NCBI RefSeq assembly: GCF_902459465.1
Contig: NC_047070.1
Coordinates: forward strand, 14,632,001-14,696,000
DNA from: Asterias rubens
Taxonomy: Eukaryota
Length of the DNA stretch: 64,000 nucleotides
Direction: 5' to 3'
Positions 1 to 11,924 of this stretch are shown in pieces. How positions within the stretch are numbered: position 1 is the stretch's first letter; the number at the start of each line of letters is the position of its first letter. Under the pieces are notes generated by a model, which was not told where the DNA came from, ran no database searches, and saw only the letters and a program-made list of their open reading frames with translations. The translations under genes and the position numbers were made by a program.

Positions 1-355
1 ATTGTACACATGGCATACCAGTGGTTTTGCTGGTAACCCTATTTTGATAAGCATTATTTTAGTATGCTTAGCTACTTTTTGTGCTGAAATAGCTCTATGA
101 AATCGGGCCCAGGTTTTTACACAACTTATAAAAATCACCAATGCTTCAATTTACATGAAAACATAACACATTAAATCTTGCACCTCTAATCAGAAAACAG
201 TAAGCTTTGCTTCGAGGGGAGACACGCTGCAGTCAGACGAGCTTGTAGGTAATTATGTAATGAATCCAAGCAAAGAAGTTCACAGGAAACACAGCGATCA
301 TGCTGACAGGGAACAAATCAACAGCTCCAACCAACAGAAGTGACATCTTACTTAC

Positions 356-509
356 CGAGTACTCTGTCTTGGCACGTTCGGAGTTGATTAACGAGCAGCG
401 TGCATCTCTCCGGGTCTTGCCTGCCGTCAAAGCTGTCCAACTCCTGAGACACCGCGTTAAGCTCCTCATCGCTGAAGTAAAACTGGGCCAGTAGCTGGTT
501 GTCCGTTTT
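356..509 (-). CDS. ZFYVE28: ZFYVE28/lst-2 second coding exon
   Basis: Acceptor ctttcag|AAA at 510; donor G|GTAAGT at 355; LST2 N-terminal domain sequence. Confidence 0.93.
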
Positions 510-3500
510 CTGAAAGGTCACAAATTTATAACACAATTAATACACAATTCCGCTGTAATGAAGTTAGTTACAAGAAATCCCTTCGATCCACTAAGCAAAA
601 GCAGCAGTTCTGGCTTATTTCCAACCTTCCGCCCTAGTAGTACATGTACAAGTAGGTAAATAGCAGGACGGCTCTTTTTAGAACTGTGAAGTCTCCAGAA
701 TTTTGAAAATCTACTATTCCACAAATTAACTACATGTAAATCAATACCATTAACTTAAAAACAATACAACCAAGAAACATAGCACAATAGTAGGTACATG
801 TATGTGAAAAAATAAACATAACATCCAAGTCTGCAAGATGTTATAAATTTCACTCTAGGGTATAAATCATCAGTTAAAAACCCGTTACTTAGATTCCTTT
901 TTAAAAAGAAAACCAAATTGAAAGCATTTGAGTCGGGCTGTGTTTGTACATTTGTACAAAACCAATAACTTTCATCTGCAATTTTTAAATATTAACTTTT
1001 ATTGCTTTTATTGTTATCCGACAAGATGATGGATTGGAGATAAGAAACCCGATAACTAATTTTAAAGTTAACCATTTAGACTTGTTATAATCATAACAAG
1101 ATATTACATACAGTGCTGAAGTACACTGGAAGTGCTAGTCGGCAACAGATGGAGTTTTATTGAAAAAATTAAACCCCCAACTTTTTCTTGACTTTAATTA
1201 GCCCTTTTGAGATATGGGATAGGAGTGCACTGTTTGGCAGGGCTGATACTTTATGGAGGCAGCGATTGCCTCTGCTGGAGCGCCCTGGTCATATTGCCTT
1301 GGTGCCCTTGAAATGTTCCAGTAGAAATTTACAAATTCCTCATGCCCTTTACCGAGGAGCAAACGGGCCCTAGTTTGGTTTGTGTGTAGTAGGAAGACTA
1401 GACAAGTTCACCCAAACTGAATATGCCCGTACAAGACTAGCAAAAAAAAAGAACTGATTTTTGGACAGAGTGGTGTCTGTACTGTCCATGCCATGCGGAG
1501 TGTAAACGTGTGTTATTCCACACATTGACCTGGTCTGGCCATCCCTGCAAGACCACTTCATTCATAAACCACAGCTGCGTCCATTGATTGGACCATGGAC
1601 TATCAACTCATTAAAATAAAATCCCACCAGAAACAAGCTGACCGCAAACCACAACTGACCTCAGCGTTCCACTCTCATAATGAATTGAAACTCTGCTATA
1701 TATAACAATTGAACTTTGCGGTTCACAATTCTAATGAAAAGACGAAGAAGAAAAAATTACAAACCCCGTCAGCAATTGTTTGTAAACAAACAATCACAAC
1801 AATCATAGTTTCCTGGAAGCAGTAAATTCTGTAAAATGAAAAAAGGGCCAGGCACACTCCCGTCTTTTATTTACTACCGTTTCTTTTATTCACTGCCATT
1901 TCTTTTATGCACTGATCCTGCTTCTTAAAAATCCACTGCCGTTACTTTTATGCACTGACCATTTCTTAAAACCCGCAGTCCAGTTTCTTTTACACACAAA
2001 TAGTCTGACCTCCCTGTTCTGTGGTCCGGCCGGCCCGATGGTCAATAGAGGTGGACACAATACAAGGTAAACATCTCAGCACAAATGAATAGCTGGTGGC
2101 TCTTAGCATCTTACGGATGTCTTTAAATGAAATTTATGAACAAGTGCACCAGTAACGGGTACTGTAAACAACTGGACCCCTACATGTGCAAAGGTTGGAT
2201 AGTTCTAACATCTCTATCCTTACTCTATGGTTCTAATTGTACATAATAGGGCCCAGTGTAAATGTGCATAAAGTCAGGGTGTACTTTTGGTAACTATTCC
2301 AAAAGTTAATGACCATAAAATACTTATTTGGTATTGGTATAGCATTTGAGAGTTGTTGGTATTATAAATACATAATTAGAAAGGACCACCTTTAGAGTAC
2401 ATATTGTAATGAAGTTTTGAAGAATATTTTCAATCCAAAACTTAATATCTGAGAAAATCTTCCGGCAAGAAATACGGTTGATTTACAACTCGTACAGCCC
2501 TAGTTTGTCTACTAAGCACACTGCACTTTAAAGTATGTCATTGTCACACTTTTTTGGAACACGTAGCAGACGCACGAGCCATCCGGGGATCAGCAGCTAT
2601 ATTTTCAGTCATAAACTACCTTAATGATACGCCAGGGCTGCTGCCGTATGACCGACATTCACCCTGTGCTTCTCACTGCAATGCAGACTATGTACACACA
2701 GTCTGGTGACCCTTAATGTATGAATGCATATAACATTATGTCTGATATTCTACACTAGATGAAAGAAGTGGACTGTTCAAACTAAAGAAAGAAAACTGGG
2801 TGTGTTTTTTTGCAATGAAACATAAAAAAGGCAGATACTTGTATCCGCTGTTGAATAATAAATAAATAATCCAATTAATCAATTAAAACACACACGTATA
2901 AAACACAACATAATACTATAATTAAAATATCACTGTGTTAATATCTTTGGTTTTCAAGGTGTTTATTTAAAAATTTCCCATTATCATGTGAATGTTTGCA
3001 AATTGTTTGCATCATCTGGGTAACAACATTTTGTTTATTCTAAATCATTTTTCTATTTTTCAATAGTGCTTACAATACTGGCATTCAATGCTCACAATAC
3101 TGGCGCAGGCCTGATACTTCAAGAAGGCAACAGATGCCTTGATGCCCTAGAAATTTACTATTTACTCATAGGGTGCCCTTTGCCAAAGAGAAAATGCCTT
3201 GGTGCCCCTGCCCTTTCAAAAATGAAGCATACAGCCCTGCTGGCGTTTCAAAGCTCATCAACCTTTGTACAAAGAGATTTTATAGAGATATGAATGAGAT
3301 AGTAGAGGAAGCTTGATTGACATTGATATTGTTTTAATGTTTTCTCAAAAAGTAAAGCATTTCATGGATTAATATTTCAAGAGAAGTCTTTCACCATAAC
3401 CTTCTCTATTAACCCTTTAAGTTATTTGTAAATCTGTGAACTTTTAATTTTGTTTCTGTACCGAAAGTGTTCAATGGCTTTAACCATACATTGTACATTA

Positions 3501-6500
3501 CTAGTAACAACATAGTGTCTACACACGTTTTTATGTGCAGACCCTTTGCTACATGTCTGATCATTGCAAGTGTTTGCGGACTATGAACCGGAAATATTGT
3601 ACTCATGCCCCAAAAATGGGAACTCGTTCTGATATTTTCTATCTCTAATTGAGCTATCCATATGTGACGCTCGAACTCAAACATCTGTTACAGTCGTCAG
3701 GTGTGACCTTCCTTAAGTGCCATACCTTGAGGGGTCAAGGTGTGGATTTTCATGGGCCAGTACGTGAATCCAATCAAACCATATTGTTCATTAACACTGT
3801 GTACAGTTTAGACGATATTAGCCGTTCACAATCAGAGAACAATTCCAGGTTTTCAATTAATTAATATTGTTATAAGATCAGATTTTCTGCCGAGGACAGC
3901 TATATTAAGGTCATTCTGTGTATGCTACATGTATACAATGCATTGATGGTTGTGTATTATTTTTAAGAATCCACACGCATGGTTGCATACAAGTTCCATT
4001 TATTTTAAATACTTTTTTATTTTATTGTGAATTATTTATTCAAAGGTGACCTTAATAAAGCCTTAACAGGGAATCCAAGGTGGCAGGAGCCTTAGGTGCA
4101 TTAAAAATAGAGGGAACAAAATTGTTTAAATGCTTTGATCCATCTTTTTAATATCTTCACGTTTATTCTGAGATGGGTTTACCAAACTGGAAATCTTTTG
4201 AGTGAAAGTATTGGAAAGTCTCCAACATAGTGTTTTGATCACCTCCTGCAGTCGGTAACAGTACAATCATGGAGTGCACCAACAAAAATTTGAGCCATGT
4301 GCCCCCCCCCTCTCTATTTACTACACTTGTGGTGGAAGGAAAACAATATTTATGTTTCCGCCATAAGGTTAGGTACACTGTTTCAGTCATTGTCAAAGAC
4401 GAGTCTCCTCACTTGGTGTATCACAAAGATATTTTCCCTTTAAATAGCTTTAAGTTATTGAAGTTTCCTTTTTTTTAAACACAGCCACTCCCCTACCCCT
4501 AACCCAGGCCTGATACTTCATGTTGGCAACGGAGGCGATTGCCTCCGTACCCCTTGCTATTGCCTTGGTGCCCTTGAATGACAGTAGAAATTTACAAATT
4601 CCTAATAGGGTGCCCTTCACCAAAGAGAAAATGCCTTGGTGCCCTTGCCCTTTCAAAAACGAGGCATACAGGCCTGCGTAACCCCAACACACTTAATGAT
4701 GCCGAGTTCCCATTCTATTGGGAAGACCATCCCAACAAACAAATAAAAAAACACCAATCTAAAGGAACAAACCCCATCTTACAAATAGTCATGGCTTCCT
4801 TTACAGGGTACGCCCACACATTGGTTTTATGGTTGGTTGGGGGGGGGGGGGGGGTATTTAACGATAGTTTCTTTATCCATAACAGGTCTCTCACAGTGCG
4901 TAATTGTTAATCCTGATCATTGGGCACAGACCTTTTTGGAACCATCCGTACCTAATTTCATAGAGCTGCTTAAAAGCACAAAAAGCAGCTAAGCACAACA
5001 GAATTATGCTTACCAGAATACCTGCCAAAATACCATGTCACATAGCAGCCTACAACTTGTGACTGGTATCCTGCTCATTTCAGCTTAGCAGAAACGTGTC
5101 AAGCAATATATTTTCTGCTTAAGCAGCTCTATGAAATTGTGCCCGAGGATCGAGTACACAGGACCACACCACCTTATCACAACTTGAGAACGGTGCGCCT
5201 GGCCACGAAAAGCCACAACACTGTTATGGTATACTTTTCTACGAAAACAAAGTCACAATCGTATAATTCCCGATTCCTGATTTACATTGTAACCCTAACT
5301 CCTGGAAACTCTTTTAATCAGCAAACCATGATAACAAGATCCATTCATTCCAACTGCCCAATCCTGTTATCCATGGATGGGCTATATATTCCTTTTATGT
5401 TTGTTAGGGTGGTTATCTAACAGAGGTTCATTCACCTTTTTTCACTTTAATCAAACAAACCTTTTCCAAGGTCAGCTACATGTATCCATGGAGGCCTGCT
5501 ATGAGCTTTTTATCGAGTTAGTTTTAGGAGAGAAGTGAACAGTACACTATTTTTGTTGACAGTAGATTTAGCCAAACTTGTTTACATTAAATGAGGTGGG
5601 TTTGGAAATGTCTGTTAATTTCATTAAAAAGTTTACACAATGCATCAAACACTTTCCATCTTGGCTGTGCTGGCTGGCAGCCAAAGGCGCCCTTGCATGC
5701 CTGCTTCTCGAACACGTTGTAGCAGCATCCTTCGCAATTCAGCTCTCAGCTGCGAGTAAGGATGATTAGCCCCCCAAATTATTATCAAAATCATATAATA
5801 GCCTATTTTAAATGTCCTACTAGATGCATGATTCCTAATATTTTCACAATGCATTGTATACTTAAGGAAACAATAATGTTAATGTGTTACGCATAACTAC
5901 CAAATTTAACACAATTAGCATGACAGACTCCTAAAGACAGAAAGACTATAACATTTGGCTGAGAGTTGTGCATGGCGCGTATGCGATGGCATATTTCCAT
6001 CATTTGACCTCAGCGATGGCAACCAATGCAAGGGGTTTATTTAATATCTAAGTAAAAAACAACTGTCTTAGTACACTAAAAAAGATTGAAAACAAGGACA
6101 TTGTCAAATAACTTGCAAGCCTCATTCTAAATAAACATAAGAACATGAACAAATGTTGCTTCCGTGCCACAACATTGGAATCTTTCCAAGGCAAAACAAT
6201 GCCAAAGACAACACTATTTTTAGAAGGCCTTCAAGGCCATCTTACATTTCATTGATTACAGTTAAGTAATAAACCAAGCATGCTGGGCCCCAGTGGCCAT
6301 TGCGGTTTGTTTTGCAACTTGGATTGTTATTGTCATGTGACTGTGTGTGTGACTCAGACCCAGCAAGCTATTTTGAAAATTTTCCATTTGATTTTGGATA
6401 CTTTGCCCCTTTGGTACAGCGACTATTTAAATAAGACAATGTTATTTAATTTTAATCTTGGCAAGCAACATGTAAACAAGTTTAGCAGCGCCAATATTCG

Positions 6501-9500
6501 ATACAGCTTTTAGCAGGTAAAATGACCAGTCTGTTGACCAAGTGCCCTGTAATTCTCTTAGAAGGTCGTAGTTTTTAGGTGACCTGGGAATCGGAGGAAA
6601 ATGCCATGACAAAAGAATTGACTGGAATAATGCTTTCGATTGTAGCTACTGGAACGAACGTAATCTGTACATAGAATGTCCTTGCTATTCGCATTGCTGG
6701 TTAAACTGTGAATTACAACAAAACTGACAAACCTGGGAATAAACCCTTGAGGGATTATTATTATAATTGAGTTATCAAAATAAAACAGTTTTACACTATG
6801 TATGATGATTGGATGCTGCCTTAAATTTGACTCATGTAAGCTTATGTTGTGCAAATGAGACCAGGGGTGGATTTCACAAAGAGTTAGGACTAGTCTTATC
6901 TCGAGTTAGGACCAGTTACTCGTCCTAACTTAGGACTATCCATACAATTTGTATATCTCCTAGGCTAGTCCTAAGTTAGGACTAGTCCTAACTCTTTGTG
7001 AAATCGACCCCTGGGGTGGAATTCACAAAGGTAGTCCTAACTTAGGACTAGTCCTAGGCAATGCTAAGAGATAGGACCAGTCCTAAGTTAGGACCAGTAA
7101 CTCATCCTAACTTAGGACTGGTCCTATCTCTTAGCATTGCCTCGGACTAGTCCTAAGTTAGGACTACCTTTGTGAAATCCACCCCTGGCCCAATTTCATA
7201 CAGCTGGTTGTTAAGCACAGAAGTAGCTAAGCACAACAAAATTATACATTACACAATATGGTTACCAACCATACCATTACCAGTTCACAGTGACTGATAG
7301 TCAGATAGGGATACCCTCCTGAAATCTGCTAAGCAGAAAATACTGAAATTGATGAGCAGTATTTTCTGCTTTTACGCACCTATAAAGTTGGACCCTGGTC
7401 CTTTTCTGTTATTAAAAATAAACAAAGCTTGGCATTTTTTATCCTTTTTTGAACCTTGGAGAAAGCCAAGTTTTTTTTGTGGGCACCAGCTCTGATCATT
7501 TTTGTAAAATTGAAGTTCATGATATTAATTAGTGTCAATTTACATTCATTGAGTGTTGTTTTGAGTTTCATTTTGGTGGACTTGGTGGACAATTGTATTT
7601 ATAACGAAGCTTTGTAATCAAGTGTTTAAGTTTAGTGGTAATCGGCCTTGTAATGGCTTTACCGACCTAATTTGAAAAATGTGCCAAACCGAAGAGTTCC
7701 AGAACCAGAAGCTAACGTTCAACATCGATTTGTTCATTTCCCTTTCATCAGGTTATAGTTCCCTAAAATTCAAATCTATTAATAGAGTGTTATCATAATT
7801 TAATAGTCAAAGGGTGTCAACTGCTTTATAGGCCTAGTGTATGTAAATCAGGGAACAGTTTCTCCCACAAATTTTCCATTATAGCAAAATATTAAGACTT
7901 TGAATTTTAAGCCTGATATTGGGCTGTGTGAACAAATCCTGCCTGCAGGAAGTCCAGCCGTCCATTTCACCAAACTCTTTAAGTAAGGATGAGTTACTTG
8001 TCCTAACTCTAGATAAGACGAGTCCTAACTCTTTGAGAAATCAACCCCAGGCTCTTTTGTTAACATGTGATGTCACGGGTCACATGACCTGTACACATGC
8101 CTAAACCATCAGCAGACAAACTAAGCTATCCCAGGATTTAAACAGCTCAAGGTGGTAGATAGATTGAACAAGAACCCACCCCCCCCCCGACAAGGTTAAA
8201 CCCTCTCTCCAAAAAACAACTTGCTTTGCCAGCATTTATAAATAGAATTCTAACAATCTGCAAGTTTGTGATAAAGAAAAAATTGCTGAGTAGTCATTGT
8301 GAAATCTTATGACATCTTCCAAATTATTGTGCAATTGAGCATTTTTCTCAGTGTACACATAGTCCAGTAACTAGCCAGAAATAAGGGCAGTGTATGGGGG
8401 TCAATACGGCTTCCCTCATTTTTATCTTTAATGTGTCAACAAAAGCAAACATTGGCATTTATCGTTTCAAAAATGTAAACGCTGAAAAAAAAGTAGTAAC
8501 GCGATAACTGAAGGATTAAGGCAATTATCTTCAGAAGGAATGTAAGGTTTTGGTTTAACCCGATGACATCATCATCGCCCTATATCAGCAAAGCACACAA
8601 TTTCGGTTTGTTTACATGGATCCAGCCACAATGGCAGGTTATCGCGTGGATTGTGTTCCAATCTTGTTCGGACCTCTCATTGACTGGCAGGACAAACCTA
8701 TGGAGTGCTAACATTCCATTTAGTGTAACTCCCCGAAATTCTTGCATCATAAAAATCTCATGGTCATCACTAACAAATAAATTGCTCAACTGATTAAGAG
8801 GGGTGTCCTGTTGAATTTTCACTCCCTGCAAAATACTTATCTCTCTAAACTTTGGCTTGATGCCCTACATCATGGACAGGACATTATGTTGCAAGCAACT
8901 AAAGCTCGGACAGCACTTCTATTGAGAGACAGTACTAGCAGGTACTAAGCTAGTTTTGCTTTCACTTTCCCATTGCTGCGTGGGAAACAAGCACTGTATT
9001 ATAAATTGTGTGATTAGATCATATGAACATGAACTTTCTGTACATCATGTAATGTAGAGCCCTGAGTAGGCATGTACAAAAAAATGTACACCTTACTACG
9101 TACAGTAGACAGACAGTGTCAGTAGTGTCGTCTTTTAAAGTGTGAATAAACTACTTAAAAAACGCACAAGGCAAAACAGAAGCTGGCCAGGCACACACAG
9201 TATTCAGTATCCTATTTCAATGGTTTCTAAATTTCATACATGTACAAAGTAATATGTAGTCTGACGGAGTAGAAGTCAGGAAACCATTTGAATCATAGTA
9301 AACACTCAGTATAAATGCTATTTTTGATTTGACGTTTTAATACTTAGTACCTCCTAGGGATATGAATGATGTTACGTGCGCCTAATTCATTACAATGTCA
9401 AAAAGGAACTAAGGCACGACAGAGACATTTGACAAGGAAGAGTGAAACCTAACCAGCGATTATATTCACGATGATAATTTAATTTACTCAAACAACAATA

Positions 9501-11924
9501 TTTAAAGCAATAGAACCATTAATAATGCACATGGCAGATTTAATACAATTCAAATGAGAGACCCTAAGATTATAGCTACCGGAAGTTTGATGACTGGGTT
9601 CGATGTGCTGGTTACACGGTGCCTCTTCTAAACTGACGTCTGGCACTAGATTGGTACATCTAGGGAGAGCCTCAAACCTGGCATGGGTTTAGGCCATCTA
9701 GGAAGAGCCTCAAAACCGGGCGTGGGTTTTAGGCCATCTAGGAAGAGCCTCAAAACCGGGCGTGGGTTTTAGGCCATCGGAGCGCAAGAACCGGGTGGTT
9801 CAAGCCATCAACTTGAAGGAGAAAGAGCACAGTTTTGGCTGACTGTCTCTGTGCAAGAACCGGTTGGTTCAAGCCATCAACTTGAAGGAGAAAGAGCACA
9901 GTTGTGACTGACTGTCTCTGTAACTGGAATATGGCTGAAACACCAATACTGGACAATGGTGTGGCCGATGGTTGAAGTGGTGACACCCATCAATGTATGA
10001 GTTGGGCAGAGCCCCTGGCTGACTCAGTGGTGGCGGAGTGATGAGTGTAACCCAGCAAGAGGCATACCCAGTATTTTATAGGCTAGAAACATCACACAAT
10101 GCAGTGGGCAATTATACTAAACATTGTGTCCACTGCACATTAATAATAAGTTTGGAGTGTCAACACATTAAGGACACAATGTTACATTATGACCGTTGCA
10201 TAACATCTAACAATACACATTGTGAAACAGACTGACCTGTTTTGCCAAATACCACAGATGTTCTTAAAGACCAACAAATATGTCATAACAAAAGGAACAG
10301 GATAAGGGGGAGAGAAAGCCCATCTGTAACAATGAGTACTAGGTAGCTGTCTTCCTGTGTCAGACCATACATAGCAGGCCGGAACTGAAAACACACTTGT
10401 TCACTTAGACTTTCATTGGGTTTCATTATGTTTTGTTTATTCTTCATTTTCTATTGTATAATGTTTTCATTTTGTGTAGGCGCCTTGATCGGTTTTCTGG
10501 AAAAGTGCGCATTATAAATCCATATTATTATTATTTTTATTATTTGAGTTTATAATACATTTTATTTACAGGGCCTTTGTCATAACCAAACTAATACAGA
10601 CGCTCTAAATCAAGTATGTGTCCCCGCCCCCCATGGCTGTACACACAACATTATGACAGAGCTGTGTGTGAACATAAACATCTAAGGTTCCAGGATGTAA
10701 AATCCAATCACATGACTTACAATGAATGTGTATAACAAAATCAGGTTTTCCTCATTTCCTAAAAGACTTTGACGGAAAATGAAACTAAAAATCTGTCGAC
10801 CAAACTCCCTTTTTAGCCATACTTTGTGTCAATGTATGATGTATAAAAATGTGAAAAGGTGCTTGTTTTAGTTTTTCGTCAGCATTGGCATGGAAATTTG
10901 ACATTCATGAATAATTTTCATTCATATTTTAACAAAATGAGTCTATGAACATCACACACACAAAATGTAAAAGAAAAAAGACAATTGTCGCTGAACATTC
11001 ACAACGATTGTCTTAACCAATGACAATAGCGAGGTTTAGCTGCACGCTACACAAGCAAAAACGTCAACAAATTGTGTCATTTGTACCTGACGTGGAAAAT
11101 GGTAATTTCACAAATGCTCGCGTAACACGCAGCTAATAATAAACCTCCCTAAATACACGATATCTCAAAAACGCGACCACCAGTTGAAATTAAATTTTCT
11201 CAGGTTTATTTTATTGTACAACAATTCCTCCATGAAACAACTACATTTATAAAGGATTATAACAATTGAAAGGTTCCAAAGGAAAGGAATACATTTACAA
11301 TGTCTCAAAACTTCTAAACATGTCTAAAAAGAAATAATTATGCGACTGCACTCTGCATTATTTTTGGGATAACTTTCTGTATGGCACCACCACTTTTTCA
11401 CTAATTTTTACAAAAAGGGATATCTCATTGAGGTAGATTAGCTACTATAGTGGTGGCACAATACGGAAACTTTTCCTAGTTTTGTACAAACCGTATCAAC
11501 AATTATCAATGTTCAGTTTTTCAGTACACAGATTATCCTTCTGTCTGTCCTTGAATTGAAACCACACTATACATGCTATAAAAAAAAACAGTTAGTGACT
11601 TCCTGCAATGCTGAAAATTTATACAAATTCTAAATTATAACGGTAAGTTAGTAGTTGACTTTACCATATCCTTAGCTGCCAACACCCACGCAGCACCTGG
11701 CTAGCTAGGCCGGCTTGAAGCTCAAACAAACCGCAGTTATTCTGTGCTGTGTCTACTCGGTCTACTCATCCCATGACCCGATTCACACAGCACTAGTCAC
11801 GCGGAAATTTTATACACTGAAACATGCTGCTGGATCAGACAACATTTTCTCCGTTTTTTTATCCTAATTACACACACAAAATACTCACTTTTGGTTTGTA
11901 CAACCACTTGCGTATTGACATCAT
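356..11924 (-). CDS. ZFYVE28: Lateral signalling target protein 2 homolog (FYVE-finger protein), 5' part of gene: coding exons 11889-11924 and 356-509, ~11.4-kb first coding intron; continues beyond window start
   Basis: Spliced translation [12 protein letters not shown]|[51 protein letters not shown] closely matches the remembered human LST2 N-terminus ([64 protein letters not shown]); GT-AG sites, phase 0 junction. Confidence 0.93.
3106..3239. mobile_element. CAGG..CCTG MITE (hAT-like) with 6-bp TSD; relatives ~1237-1372, 4505-4676, 27262-27425, 50765-50880
   Basis: ctggcg on both flanks. Confidence 0.7.
6865..7394. mobile_element. Three abutting PIF/Harbinger-like MITEs (6865-7010, 7014-7184, 7188-7394)
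   Basis: TIRs gggtggatttcacaaag and (g)gcccaatttcata; CWG trinucleotide at every junction; internal aggactagtcct palindromes. Relatives at ~1-113, 4950-5143, 7962-8050, 30340-30690, 43357-43608, 47610-47755, 63111-63395. Confidence 0.8.
8540..8825 (-). pseudogene. Possible degenerate LINE APE-endonuclease fragment
   Basis: QGVK...QLSNLF...[10 protein letters not shown] resembles the APE N-terminal GL and DI..QE motifs; contains an in-frame stop; recognition is weak. Confidence 0.3.
9657..9921. repeat. Composite tandem repeat: 40-bp unit x3 (9657-9774) followed by 69-bp unit x2 (9784-9921)
   Basis: Units read directly from the sequence; each 40-mer holds an aaaacc/ggtttt hairpin. Confidence 0.9.
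11889..11924 (-). CDS. ZFYVE28: ZFYVE28/lst-2 first coding exon ([12 protein letters not shown])
   Basis: ATG at 11924; donor AAA|GTGAGT at 11888; RKWLYKPK motif. Confidence 0.9.

Noticed and set aside
9588-9640. C/D box snoRNA (tgatga...ctga)
   Set aside because: Boxes are too close, and there is no terminal stem or D'/C' boxes
9657-9921. CRISPR-like array
   Set aside because: Units are contiguous tandem copies with no unique spacers; the context is eukaryotic and there are no cas genes
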